DNA of 64,000 bases from Dehalococcoidia bacterium (lineage in GTDB: Bacteria; Chloroflexota; Dehalococcoidia; DSTF01; RBG-16-68-14). Both the position numbers and the translations under genes were made by a program. Positions 29,471 through 38,710 of the stretch are shown piece by piece. The notes beneath the pieces are model-generated. The model was not told the DNA's origin and made no database searches. It was given only the letters and a program-made list of their open reading frames with translations. The stretch lies in the NCBI GenBank assembly GCA_040882355.1, contig JBBEBM010000052.1, positions 1 to 64,000 of the forward strand, written 5' to 3'. Numbering within the stretch: position 1 is the stretch's first letter; every line of letters begins with the position of its first letter.

Positions 29471-30868
29471 ATGGCAGAAGCGAGACCAGGCACCATCGGC
29501 GAATTGCGCGCGTCGGGCTATCAGGTCGCCTCCGTCAAGGAGGAGTTGCGCCGCAACCTGATCAACAAGATCCAGACGAAAGCCGACCTCCTGCCTGGCA
29601 TCGTCGGGTACGACGAGTCGGTGATCCCGGCGCTGGAGAACGCGATCCTGTCCGGCCAGGACATCATCTTCCTCGGCGAACGCGGACAGGCCAAGTCGCG
29701 CATCATCCGCACGATGGTCGCCCTGCTCGATCAAGAAGTGCCGGTCATCTCCGGCTGCGAGATCAACGACAACCCATACGAGCCGATCTGCAAGCGCTGC
29801 CGTGACCTGATCGCCGAACAGGGCGACAGGGTCGCACTCGACTGGCTGCCGCGCGAGCAACGTTACGGCGAGAAGCTCGCGACGCCGGACAGCACCATCG
29901 CGGACCTGATCGGCGAGGTCGACCCGGTGAAGGTGGCCGAGGGCCGCTACCTGAGCGACGAGTTGACGATCCACTACGGCCTGATCCCGCGCACCAACCG
30001 GGGCATCTTCTGCATCAACGAGCTGCCCGACCTGGCCGAGCGTATCCAGGTGGGCCTGCTCAACATCATGGAGGAGCGCGACGTCCAGATCCGGGGCTAC
30101 CGCATCCGGCTGCCGCTCGACGTTTTCCTCGTCGCCAGCGCGAACCCGGAAGACTACACGAACCGCGGGCGGATCATCACGCCGCTGCGCGACCGCTACG
30201 GCGCGCAGATCCGCACCCACTACCCGCGCAGCGTCCACCACGAGATCTCGATCATGGACCAGGAGCGCAAGCGCTTCGACGACGACTACCACGTCGTCGT
30301 GCCCGAGTACATGAAGGAGATCGTCGCGGAGATCACGCGACTTGCCCGCCGCAGCCCGGACGTCAACCAGCGCTCCGGCGTCTCGGTGCGCGCCTCGATC
30401 GCCAACTACGAGAGCCTGCTCGCGAACGCGATGCGCCGCGCGATCCGCCTCGGCGAGACGGACGTCGTGCCCCGCATCAGCGACCTGCCCTACGTCATCC
30501 CGGCGCTCAGCGGCAAGGTGGAGCTGGAGACAGTCGAGGAAGGCAAGGACGAGCAGATCATCGAGAAGCTGATCCAGGGCGCCGTCGTCGCGGTCTTCAA
30601 CCGCTACCAGAACGTCGTCGACCTGGAGGACGTGGTCACGCGCTTCAAGAGCGGCCTCTCCGTCGAAGTCTCCGACATGCTCCCTTCGAAGGAGTACATC
30701 AAGATGGTGAAGCAGGTCGACGGCCTCGATCGCGCCGTCGCGAAGCTGGAGCCGGGCGAGAACCTGGCCGTCATCGCCTCCGCCGTCGAGTTCGTCCTCG
30801 AAGGGCTCCATCTCAACAAGCGGCTGAACAAGGACCGCACCGGCTCGCGCACGCAGTACCGCGGCTGA
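29471..30868 (+). CDS. AAA+ ATPase, Mg-chelatase-like (Rv0958 type)
   Basis: Walker A GERGQAKS, GIFCINELPDL, ASANPEDY; paired with the VWA gene. Confidence 0.9.
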   Translation: MAEARPGTIGELRASGYQVASVKEELRRNLINKIQTKADLLPGIVGYDESVIPALENAILSGQDIIFLGERGQAKSRIIRTMVALLDQEVPVISGCEINDNPYEPICKRCRDLIAEQGDRVALDWLPREQRYGEKLATPDSTIADLIGEVDPVKVAEGRYLSDELTIHYGLIPRTNRGIFCINELPDLAERIQVGLLNIMEERDVQIRGYRIRLPLDVFLVASANPEDYTNRGRIITPLRDRYGAQIRTHYPRSVHHEISIMDQERKRFDDDYHVVVPEYMKEIVAEITRLARRSPDVNQRSGVSVRASIANYESLLANAMRRAIRLGETDVVPRISDLPYVIPALSGKVELETVEEGKDEQIIEKLIQGAVVAVFNRYQNVVDLEDVVTRFKSGLSVEVSDMLPSKEYIKMVKQVDGLDRAVAKLEPGENLAVIASAVEFVLEGLHLNKRLNKDRTGSRTQYRG

Positions 30869-31038
30869 CGCCAGAAGCTTGCCGCCAACAACAATGGCCG
30901 CCCGGGTTCGCTCGGGCGGCCTTGCTGTCCCGCAGTCGCCTGCTGATTGAGTACGCACCTGAAATCGGGGCCCTGCGCGCTTCCCAAGGCGGTATAATGG
31001 AGGCCGCATTGAGGTAGCGCCTGAGGAGTGATGTAGAC

Positions 31039-33210
31039 ATGGTGGCTTTTCGGTATTCAGAATGGGACGGCACGCAGGAGATCCCCCCGCTCGATCCGGA
31101 CGACGTGCTGGAGGCGCTCACTGACGACCTGATGAACTTCGGCGACCTGCAGCACGCGCTGCGCAACCTGCTCCAGCGCGGCATGCGGAACCCCATGGGC
31201 CAGCGCATGCAGGGCCTGCGCGACCTGCTGCAGCAGCTCCGTCAGCAGCGCCGCGGCACCCTCGACCGCTACAACCTCAGCTCCGCCTTCGAAGACATTG
31301 AGCGACGGCTGGAGGAGATCCTCGATCAGGAGCGCTCGACCCTCGACCGGCGCCTGGCGGAGTCGGACCAGCCGCAAGGCGACGCCTCGGCCGGCGAGCC
31401 GTCCGAAGGCTCGCAGCCGTCCGCAGGCTCTTCTGAGGGCGCTCAGTCTCCTGAGGGCGCACCGTCGCAGGCGCAGGCGTCCGGCCAGCAGCAGAGTGGC
31501 CAGGGCAGCGAAGGCGCCCAGGCCGGTTCGTCATCGCAGGGCGGAAGCGACCAGGAGCAGTTTGCCCAGATGCTGCAGAACATCGCGCAGCGCAAGCAGC
31601 AGTTCCTGGAAGGCCTGCCGGAGGACATGCCGGGCAAGATCAAGGAGCTCCAGAACTACGAGTTCATGGACCCGGAGGCGCAACACCAGTTCCAGGAGCT
31701 GATGGAGATGCTGAAGAAGGCGATGATGGAAACCTTCTTCAAGGACATTCACCAGCAGATCGCGAACCTCTCGCCCGAGGACCTGGCGCGCATGAAACAG
31801 ATGGTGCGCGACCTCAATCAGATGATCTCAGAAAAGATGGCCGGCGGCGAGCCGGACTTCGACCAGTTCATGCAGCAGTACGGCGACCTCTTCGGGCCGA
31901 ACCCGCCCCAGTCGCTCGACGAGCTCATTGCCCAGATGCAGCAGCAGGTCGCTGGCATGCAAAACCTGCTCGACAGCCTCCCCGGCGACATGCGCCAGCA
32001 GCTCCAGGACCTCCTGATGGACAAGGTCGGCGACCCGGACCTCCAGGGTGAGCTGGCCGAGCTGGCCGCGAATCTCGAGTTCATGTACCCCATGCGCGAC
32101 CTGCGCAACCAGTACCCCTTCCGCGGCGACGAGGAGCTCGACCTCAACGAGGCGATGCAGCTCATGGACCGCATGCAGTCGATGGACGAGCTGGAGCGCC
32201 AGCTCGAGCGCACCCAGTACGGGGGCGACATCGATGACATCGATCAGGAGAAGCTGGAGGAGCTGCTGGGCAAGGAGGCGCGCGAGACGCTCGACCAGAT
32301 CCGCCAGTTCCTGGAGATCCTTGAAGAAGCCGGTTACATCCGGCGCAAGGGGAACACCTGGGAGCTGACGCCGCGCGGTACGCGGAAGATCGGCCAGAAG
32401 GCGCTGGGTGAGATCTACTCCCGGCTACGCAAGGACGCCTTCGGCAAGCACTCGCTCCGCGACGCCGGCACCGGTGTAGAACGAGCGGACGACACGAAGA
32501 AATACGAGTTCGGCGATCCGTTCCACCTGTCGCTCGACCGCACGATCATGAACGCCCTCCAGCGCGAGGGCCCCGGCGTGCCGGTGAAGGTGAACAAGGA
32601 CGACTTCGAGGTCTACCGCTCGGAGCAGCTCACGCAAACGGCGACGGTGATGATGGTCGACCTCTCGTGGTCGATGGCGCTGCGCGGCAGCTTCCAGGCG
32701 GCGAAGAAGGTGGCGCTGGCGCTACACAACCTGATTCGCACACAGTTCAGCCGCGACAGCCTCTACATCATCGGCTTCTCCGCCTACGCCCGCGAGCTGC
32801 AGGCGGAGGAGCTGCCCTACGTTCGCTGGGACGAATCGGTGCTGGGGACGAACATGCACCACGCGTTCATGCTCGCGCAGCAGCTCCTCGCCCGGCACAA
32901 GGGCGGCACGCGCCAGATCATCATGATCTCGGACGGCGAGCCGACAGCGCACCTGGAGCGCGGCCGCTCCTACTTCGCCTACCCGCCCAGCCCGATCACG
33001 ATCCGGGAGACGCTGAAGGAAGTGCGCCGCTGCACGAAGAAGGACATCACGATCAACACCTTCATGCTGGACCGCAACTACTACCTCAAGGAGTTCGTGA
33101 ACCAGGTCGCGAAGATCAACAAGGGGCGCGTCTTCTACACCACGCCCGACAAGCTGGGCCAGTACATCCTGGTCGACTACGTCGCGAACAAGCGCAAGAA
33201 CATCCGGTAG
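31039..33210 (+). CDS. VWA domain-containing protein (Rv0959 type)
   Basis: FRYSEWDG start; MIDAS DLSWSM...TN...ISDGEPTAH; low-complexity Q/S/G insert. Confidence 0.9.
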   Translation: MVAFRYSEWDGTQEIPPLDPDDVLEALTDDLMNFGDLQHALRNLLQRGMRNPMGQRMQGLRDLLQQLRQQRRGTLDRYNLSSAFEDIERRLEEILDQERSTLDRRLAESDQPQGDASAGEPSEGSQPSAGSSEGAQSPEGAPSQAQASGQQQSGQGSEGAQAGSSSQGGSDQEQFAQMLQNIAQRKQQFLEGLPEDMPGKIKELQNYEFMDPEAQHQFQELMEMLKKAMMETFFKDIHQQIANLSPEDLARMKQMVRDLNQMISEKMAGGEPDFDQFMQQYGDLFGPNPPQSLDELIAQMQQQVAGMQNLLDSLPGDMRQQLQDLLMDKVGDPDLQGELAELAANLEFMYPMRDLRNQYPFRGDEELDLNEAMQLMDRMQSMDELERQLERTQYGGDIDDIDQEKLEELLGKEARETLDQIRQFLEILEEAGYIRRKGNTWELTPRGTRKIGQKALGEIYSRLRKDAFGKHSLRDAGTGVERADDTKKYEFGDPFHLSLDRTIMNALQREGPGVPVKVNKDDFEVYRSEQLTQTATVMMVDLSWSMALRGSFQAAKKVALALHNLIRTQFSRDSLYIIGFSAYARELQAEELPYVRWDESVLGTNMHHAFMLAQQLLARHKGGTRQIIMISDGEPTAHLERGRSYFAYPPSPITIRETLKEVRRCTKKDITINTFMLDRNYYLKEFVNQVAKINKGRVFYTTPDKLGQYILVDYVANKRKNIR

Positions 33211-33242
33211 GGGCTTGGCGGGTCAGCGAGACTAACTGAGCT

Positions 33243-34085
33243 GTGGCGAACACTCCAGCATCCTGGATGCTCCAGGCGAACCCCAAGACGTTCAATCTAA
33301 ACCGTGCGCTACAAGCGTACAAGGAAGTGACTTGGCTCGTGCAGGCTCATGCCTCGAGGATCAAGCCAGGAGATACGGCCTTCATCTGGCGATCGGGGCC
33401 GGAAGGTGGCATCGTCGCAGTCGCCGAGGTGTTGACAGTCCCGCAGGAGTTTCCGGCCAATCCGCCAGCGCACAAGGGATTCTATCGAGATCCAACCAAG
33501 TTTGAGGGCCTCCGGCAGCGGGTGCGGATCCGGATCACCGACGTGCTGGACGAACCCATCTACCGGAAGGACCTCAAAACGCACCCGCTTCTTTCTGACC
33601 TAGCCATTTTGAGTTCACCGGAGGGCACCAATCGGGCCGTAACCGAAAGACAAGCAAGTGCGCTGGAGGAGGAATTACGATCACGTCTGGGCTCCGCGTG
33701 GCGACTCCCGTCAAGCGCGGCGGCAGATTACGATACCCCGGAGTTCTCCGAAGGCCGGCTAGCTGAGCGCAAGCATCAGACGCGTGAGCGAAATGATCGG
33801 GTCGCGGTCGCAAAGAAGCGGGACGTGCTGGGGCGGGGAGGTTGCCTGGGGTGCGAGGTGTGTGGCTTCGACTTCCCGTCCGCGTATGGCACTCTTGGAG
33901 CAGGGTCTGAGGTCCACCACCTTGTTCCGGTGTCCGCCTGGCCCCCCGGCGAACGCAAGACACGCCTCGAAGACTTGGCGGTCGTGTGTTCCAACTGCCA
34001 TCGAATGCTTCATCACATGAAGCCTTGGCCGTCGGTAGCTGATCTCAAGCACCAGATGCGCCACGTGAGCAGGCGCGGCGCGTAG
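33243..34085 (+). CDS. EVE domain-HNH endonuclease (putative modification-dependent restriction enzyme)
   Basis: N-terminal EVE-like W..QANP.....W......IKPGD.AFIW.SG...GIVA; C-terminal McrA-like CEVCGFDF...EVHH...VCSNCHRMLH; lower GC. Confidence 0.85.
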   Translation: MANTPASWMLQANPKTFNLNRALQAYKEVTWLVQAHASRIKPGDTAFIWRSGPEGGIVAVAEVLTVPQEFPANPPAHKGFYRDPTKFEGLRQRVRIRITDVLDEPIYRKDLKTHPLLSDLAILSSPEGTNRAVTERQASALEEELRSRLGSAWRLPSSAAADYDTPEFSEGRLAERKHQTRERNDRVAVAKKRDVLGRGGCLGCEVCGFDFPSAYGTLGAGSEVHHLVPVSAWPPGERKTRLEDLAVVCSNCHRMLHHMKPWPSVADLKHQMRHVSRRGA

Positions 34086-34089
34086 CCCG

Positions 34090-34503
34090 CTACCCCTCGA
34101 AGTCGCCCTCGTAGAGCTGGAGAAGGACGCCTCCCGAGTCACGCGGGTGAACGAAGACCTCCTTGTACGGCCCGTGCTCGCGTCCGCCGAACGGCTCGTA
34201 GCCATACTCCTTCAGGGCAGCCGTAGCCTTCGCGACGCTCTCCACCTCGAACGTGACGTGGTGGAAGCCCGAGCCGCGCTCGCTCAGGAATCGCGTCAGG
34301 AAGCTGCTCTCGTCGCAAGGCTCCAGCAGCTCCCACTGTGTGCCGCCGCCGGGGATGTCCAGCGTAGCGCCGTTGTAGCCGGCAATGGGGTTCGACCAGC
34401 GGCCCAGGAGCTTCATGCCGAACAGCTCCGTCAACATCGGGAGCCGGTCGTCCAGCTTCGGGACCACCATGCAGATATGATCGATGCGCTTGATGCCGAG
34501 CAC
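34090..34503 (-). CDS. VOC family protein (methylmalonyl-CoA epimerase-like)
   Basis: IDHI, ELLEP, RG.GFHHVTFEV, FVHPRDSGGVLLQL. Confidence 0.88.
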   Translation of the reverse strand: MLGIKRIDHICMVVPKLDDRLPMLTELFGMKLLGRWSNPIAGYNGATLDIPGGGTQWELLEPCDESSFLTRFLSERGSGFHHVTFEVESVAKATAALKEYGYEPFGGREHGPYKEVFVHPRDSGGVLLQLYEGDFEG

Positions 34504-34602
34504 TCGCTCCTCCTTCTGTAAACAACGCTACGATTATATGAGGACGGTGTATTTGAGAACAGGATAATACGGTTAACTTGGTGAAACCGGCTTCGAAACC
34601 CC

Positions 34603-34630
34603 TTGACACAGATAGGAATCGTGGTAGTAT
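34603..34630 (+). promoter_or_regulatory. sigma70-like promoter upstream of the riboswitch
   Basis: TTGACA-N16-TAGTAT with extended TG, in an AT-rich intergenic segment. Confidence 0.65.
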
Positions 34631-34696
34631 GTTATTGTAATCACAATCACGGATGAGCCCGGCAGGTCATCCACGCTCCTTGTAAAGGGAGGCACT

Positions 34697-34805
34697 CTGC
34701 CGAATCCGCCCAGGAACGGGGGACCCACCACAGTTGGGGTGAATCTCGCGCCAGCGAGTAGGGCAAGCCTTTCCGCCCGAACCCGTCAGCTAACCCCGGA
34801 GGCAG
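34697..34805 (+). ncRNA. cyclic di-AMP riboswitch (ydaO/yuaA class)
   Basis: Conserved blocks in the expected order: GCCGAATCC, GGAACGGGGGACCCA, GGGGTGAAT, CCCGAACCCGTCAGCTAACCCCGGAGGC; closing pair ctgcc/ggcag. Confidence 0.92.
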
Positions 34806-34851
34806 CCGAAAGGCCAGGCACGGTTTGCTCGCAAGCATGGAGGAGGGTCAC

Positions 34852-35064
34852 ATGATGCCTAACGTCGCCTTGCCCCGGATTTGCCCCCGCTGTCGTGGCT
34901 CCATGATCCCGGAGCGCGACTGGTATGGCGAGTACAGCACGTGCCTGTGCTGCGGCTACGTTCACGAGGCCGTCTCCACGCCGCCCATCGAGCTGCTGGA
35001 GGAAGAGGAGAACGGTCAGCGCCAGCGGCGCCGCCAGCCCTCGCACGGCAAGATCCGGCTCTAG
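34852..35064 (+). CDS. small Zn-ribbon protein (70 aa) under riboswitch control
   Basis: GGAGG RBS; CPRC...CLCC; acidic then basic tail. Confidence 0.8.
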   Translation: MMPNVALPRICPRCRGSMIPERDWYGEYSTCLCCGYVHEAVSTPPIELLEEEENGQRQRRRQPSHGKIRL

Positions 35065-35279
35065 ACCAGCGCCGCTCGGCCGCAGCTCCGTTTTCTGGCT
35101 TTCCTTACCCGATACGATTCTGTATCTGGGAACAGCCTGAGCCCCCTTTCCACCTCGGTAAAGGCAACCTCCCCCTCCTGCTCCCCAGTTCCCACTTCAC
35201 CAGCCCCATCGCCGCGCCCAAGAGCGCTCTAGAGGCTCCCCACGCCTCTAAGGAAATAAGGGAGTCCGCCTAGGGCCCG

Positions 35280-35294
35280 TCAGGGTTCTCCCTA
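35280..35294. promoter_or_regulatory. 15-bp imperfect palindrome (candidate NarL/LuxR-type operator)
   Basis: TCAGGGTTCTCCCTA, about 25 bp upstream of a TACAAT -10 box (35319-35324); similar sites at 38645, 46094, 53997 and 54010. Confidence 0.5.
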
Positions 35295-35377
35295 ATGGAG
35301 CGCCTCCTGCTGCGGGCGTACAATCCCCTCGTCAGCAAGTGATGGCCTCCTGAAACGAGGCCCGGGAGAGGAAGATC

Positions 35378-35623
35378 ATGGCACGCAACAAAGCCACAGT
35401 CTGCACCCACCGCTGGATGCTCGGGAACCCCGGCTTCCGGCAGGTGCGCGGCGTATGCCGTCGCTGTGGCGCGCGCAAGATCTTCCCTTCGGGGCTTGAG
35501 ATCATGCAGGTCAAATCAGAGTTCGAGGAGCTGGCCGCCAGCCACCCAGTCTTCCCCGCGGGATCGGCGCCCCCGGAGGAGACCGTCTACGTTCAGGGTT
35601 GGCGCGCCGTCAGCTTGTCATGA
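35378..35623 (+). CDS. small putative Zn-finger protein (81 aa)
   Basis: GAGG RBS; CTHRW...CRRCG metal-binding pattern. Confidence 0.7.
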   Translation: MARNKATVCTHRWMLGNPGFRQVRGVCRRCGARKIFPSGLEIMQVKSEFEELAASHPVFPAGSAPPEETVYVQGWRAVSLS

Positions 35624-35696
35624 GGAGATTGGTGTGGTAGCGTCGCCGCAGGACGAGACCCATCGGTCGATTGTGACTAGCGAAGGAGCGCACCCA

Positions 35697-36485
35697 ATGC
35701 AGCCAGCTAACCCCTCACGCACGCCCGCCACACGCTCTAAAAGCGTCGCCGAACGGCCGGGGTGGACCCGCGCCAGCGCCCAGCGCATTCGCGTCCTCAT
35801 CGTGGACGACCACGCGATCCTCCGGCAGGCCCTCCGGCAGTTGCTGGAACAGGAGCAGGAGCTCGAGATCGTGGGCGACGCCGCCAACGGGCGCGATGCC
35901 CTCGTCTGCGCCGAGAAGCTCCAGCCCGACGTCGTCCTCATGGACATGGTGATGCCCGGCCTGAACGGGCTGGAGGCGACGCGCCAGATCCGAAAACGCT
36001 TCCCCAAGACCCGGGTGCTCATCCTCACCGGCTACATGGAAGACGAGCAGATCCTGGGCGCCCTGCGCGCCGGCGCTTCCGGCTACGTCGTGAAGCGCTC
36101 CGACACGGAGGAATTGCTGCTGGGCATTCAGGCGGTGCACCGCGGCAACACTTACTTCAGCTCCACCATCTCAGATGGCGATGCCATCAACCAGTTCCTC
36201 TGGCAGGCGAAGAAGGAAGAGGGCAAGGTCGGCTACGAGTTGCTCACCAGCCGCGAGCGCGAGGTTCTTCAGCTCATCGCCGAAGGCTACTCCAACCAGC
36301 GCATCGCGCAGGAGCTCTACATCAGCGTGAAGACCGTGGAAGCCCACAAGGCCCACATCATGAGCAAGCTGCACGCCCGCAACCGCACGGACCTGATCCG
36401 CTACGCCCTGCGCAAGGGCCTGGTGGGTCTGGACGCGCCGCCGGACGTGCCCGACGAACAGCAGGAGACGCTGCAGGCGGGCTGA
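35697..36485 (+). CDS. NarL/LuxR-family response regulator
   Basis: IRVLIVDDH, DVVLMD, LT, YVVK; HTH LTSREREVLQLIAEGYSNQRIAQELYISVKTVEAH. Confidence 0.96.
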   Translation: MQPANPSRTPATRSKSVAERPGWTRASAQRIRVLIVDDHAILRQALRQLLEQEQELEIVGDAANGRDALVCAEKLQPDVVLMDMVMPGLNGLEATRQIRKRFPKTRVLILTGYMEDEQILGALRAGASGYVVKRSDTEELLLGIQAVHRGNTYFSSTISDGDAINQFLWQAKKEEGKVGYELLTSREREVLQLIAEGYSNQRIAQELYISVKTVEAHKAHIMSKLHARNRTDLIRYALRKGLVGLDAPPDVPDEQQETLQAG

Positions 36486-36515
36486 TCGATTGATCTGCCG
36501 CGCAGCCGGAGGACT

Positions 36516-36791
36516 ATGGAACAGACGCCCTTCGCCGAAGCATCCCTGTCGGACGCCAAGCCCGTTTCATTGCAGGGCGTCTACCTCAGCCGCCTCCAGC
36601 GGCTGCTCCGGCTGCGCCGCCGTCACGAGCACGAACTGAACGGTCAGGGCATCCTCCTGCTCGACCGCTCCATCTTCGCCGCCTACTGCGACTGCATCGA
36701 AGTCGGCGCCGACGAGAAGGCGCGCAGCGTCCTCCGCAGCGCCAACTTCCCCCTGAACGACGACCCGATCGCCGGCGGCCAGGCCGCCTGA
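36516..36791 (+). CDS. hypothetical protein (91 aa)
   Basis: GGAGG RBS; GC3-rich; lies within the operon. Confidence 0.75.
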   Translation: MEQTPFAEASLSDAKPVSLQGVYLSRLQRLLRLRRRHEHELNGQGILLLDRSIFAAYCDCIEVGADEKARSVLRSANFPLNDDPIAGGQAA

Positions 36792-36804
36792 CCAGGAGCG
36801 ACCC

Positions 36805-37179
36805 ATGGCAACGATCCTCGTCGTGGACGATGAACCCGCCATTCGCGCCTTCGTTCAGGCGGCCCTTCAGCAGGCGAATCACCGCGTGCTGGAGGCGGGC
36901 GACGGCTCAAGCGCCCTCCGCGTGGCCTCCGCCGAGCAACCCGACCTGGTCCTGCTCGACATCGCCCTGCCTCACCTGAGCGGCATCGAGGTGTGCCGCC
37001 AGCTTCGCCGGGAGCCGGACACATCACGCACGCCCGTTCTGTTTCTCACCGGCTTGCCCGACCAGGGCGCCCAGGACACGGCCGGCTCCGGCGCGCAGGG
37101 CTACCTGGCGAAGCCGTTCAGCCCCGGGCAACTCATCTCACGAGTGGACGATGCGTTGCGGCTGACGCAGATTCAGTAG
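36805..37179 (+). CDS. single-domain response regulator (receiver only)
   Basis: ILVVDDE, DLVLLD, FLT, YLAKPF. Confidence 0.93.
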   Translation: MATILVVDDEPAIRAFVQAALQQANHRVLEAGDGSSALRVASAEQPDLVLLDIALPHLSGIEVCRQLRREPDTSRTPVLFLTGLPDQGAQDTAGSGAQGYLAKPFSPGQLISRVDDALRLTQIQ

Positions 37180-37224
37180 CCGCCAAACAGCCTGGCAGCT
37201 TCCCGGCCGCCTTTGTTCTCCCCC

Positions 37225-37252
37225 TCACGATAGCCATTCCCCCTGCCGATAC
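37225..37252 (+). promoter_or_regulatory. candidate sigma-28 (FliA/WhiG) promoter for csrA
   Basis: TCAC-N16-GCCGATAC against the consensus TAAA-N15/16-GCCGATAA. Confidence 0.45.
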
Positions 37253-37373
37253 TTATCCAAGCCAGCGATGATGGGGTATCACCCCGCCATCGACGCTTGT
37301 TCTGCGGCGTTCGCAGAGGAGACGGGCTGTCGCTCGCTCCTGGCGGCCGGCGCCGAGAAGCAAGGAGAGCCAG

Positions 37374-37625
37374 ATGCTGATTCTGACAAGGAAGATCGAC
37401 CAGGGGATCGTAATCTCGGGCAATATCTACGTCCGTGTCCTGGGCGTGGAGCGCGATCGGGTGAAGATCGGCATCTCGGCCCCGTCCGAGATCACCGTGC
37501 TCCGTCAGGAGCTGCTCGACCCGGACCGGAAGCCCCGCGGGGAGGTAGAGGGCCAGAATGCCGGCGCCAACGGCGGAAGGGCCGCGCCCGTGGTGGGAAA
37601 CGAGGAAGTGGAAAAAGAAGACTAG
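37374..37625 (+). CDS. csrA: carbon storage regulator CsrA
   Basis: MLILTRK..Q.I.I..NI.VRVL.V..DRVKIGISAPSEITVLRQEL. Confidence 0.95.
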   Translation: MLILTRKIDQGIVISGNIYVRVLGVERDRVKIGISAPSEITVLRQELLDPDRKPRGEVEGQNAGANGGRAAPVVGNEEVEKED

Positions 37626-38608
37626 CCGGCCACCAGCGTGAGCGCCGGGCGCGCACGCTTCGCGGAACTCGACTTGCCGCCGCCCTGAATCACCGTGAGG
37701 GGCGGCGGTTCTGCGTCCCGGGACGTCGCCGGCATCCGCATCGTTCCGCCGAAGCTCATCGACTGCCGGGCCGCCCACCAGAGGCCGGCGGCCTGCGCCC
37801 AGCGCTCGCCGTTGCCGAAGGACGCGTCGCGATCGGCGACGGCGCGGAGGAAGCGGCGGCACTCTTCCAGCAGCGGGTCGACCGCCGGCTGAGACAGGCC
37901 GGGTACCGGCGCCGCGAGCTCGCCATCGCCGGTGATACGGAGCGTAGCGACCGTGTGCGGGTCGTCCAGGACAATGGTGTGTTCGGCGGTTACGGCTACG
38001 ATCTGGTCGACGCTGGTCGCCTCAGCAAGGCTCACCGTGGCTTCCACGGGCGGGCCCTCCGGCTGCTGAAGCAGGAGGAAGACAGCGCACGGCTCGCCAA
38101 CGTGGTCGCGACGGCTGGCGGCCGCCGTGACGGAACGCGGTGTCTCCCCCAGCAGGGCGAGACACGTCGCCAGCTCCTCCGCCGCCAGCTCATCGATGCG
38201 CCGCGGGCCGTCCGCCGGTGCCGTACGGAGCAGCCGCAGATAGAGCGGCCGCCAGAACGGCTCGTCGCCTTGCAGAAGACGCTTGAGAAAGGCGAATCCC
38301 GGCTGGTGCTGGAACGGCTCGGCGAAGCGAAGCTGGGCGCCCTGTCGCCGGCTCACCTCAACCAGGACGTTCGTCTGCCACGGGCTCAGCGTGAAGGGGG
38401 CGCCGTAGAGCACCGCCACGCCGTTCTGTAGCGCCTCCTTCGCCCGCGCGAACGGGTCGACGGCGCACGGAGCGATGACCAGCGCATCGGCTCCCGGCAG
38501 CTTCTCGATCGACCGGCAGACGCGCGCGAACGGGCGCAAGACGCGCGCCCAGCGTTCGGAATCGGCGCCCTCGCCGAGCAGGACAACTCGAGTGCGGTGA
38601 TCGCTCAT
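37622..38608 (-). CDS. degenerate Gfo/Idh/MocA-like oxidoreductase-fold protein
   Basis: The overall pattern (DALVIA...AKEAL.NGVAVL..PFTL...; C-terminal DPL.EECR.FL.AV) fits the family, but GxGxxG and EKP are not intact. Confidence 0.65.
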   Translation of the reverse strand: MSDHRTRVVLLGEGADSERWARVLRPFARVCRSIEKLPGADALVIAPCAVDPFARAKEALQNGVAVLYGAPFTLSPWQTNVLVEVSRRQGAQLRFAEPFQHQPGFAFLKRLLQGDEPFWRPLYLRLLRTAPADGPRRIDELAAEELATCLALLGETPRSVTAAASRRDHVGEPCAVFLLLQQPEGPPVEATVSLAEATSVDQIVAVTAEHTIVLDDPHTVATLRITGDGELAAPVPGLSQPAVDPLLEECRRFLRAVADRDASFGNGERWAQAAGLWWAARQSMSFGGTMRMPATSRDAEPPPLTVIQGGGKSSSAKRARPALTLVAG

Positions 38609-38710
38609 AGGGACAGGATAACGATGCCTAGGGAAGCTGACTCTTGGGGAATGCCCTGAGGTGTGGCGGGAAACGTCCTCAGGCGAGCGGCGAGCCGCCC
38701 TGATTTCGGA

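Noticed and set aside
28384..30868. Hydrogenase maturation (hypE) or chlorophyll Mg-chelatase function
   Set aside because: No hydrogenase or photosynthesis genes in the window; the proteins fit generic AIR-synthase-like and AAA+/VWA families.
35088..35115. Third sigma-28 promoter (CCCGATAC)
   Set aside because: The -35 region does not resemble TAAA, and the motif is part of a hairpin.
36516..36791. RsiG- or FlgM-like anti-sigma identity for the 91-aa ORF
   Set aside because: The RsiG ExxxSxxRxxxQxxxD c-di-GMP motif and FlgM-like features were not found.
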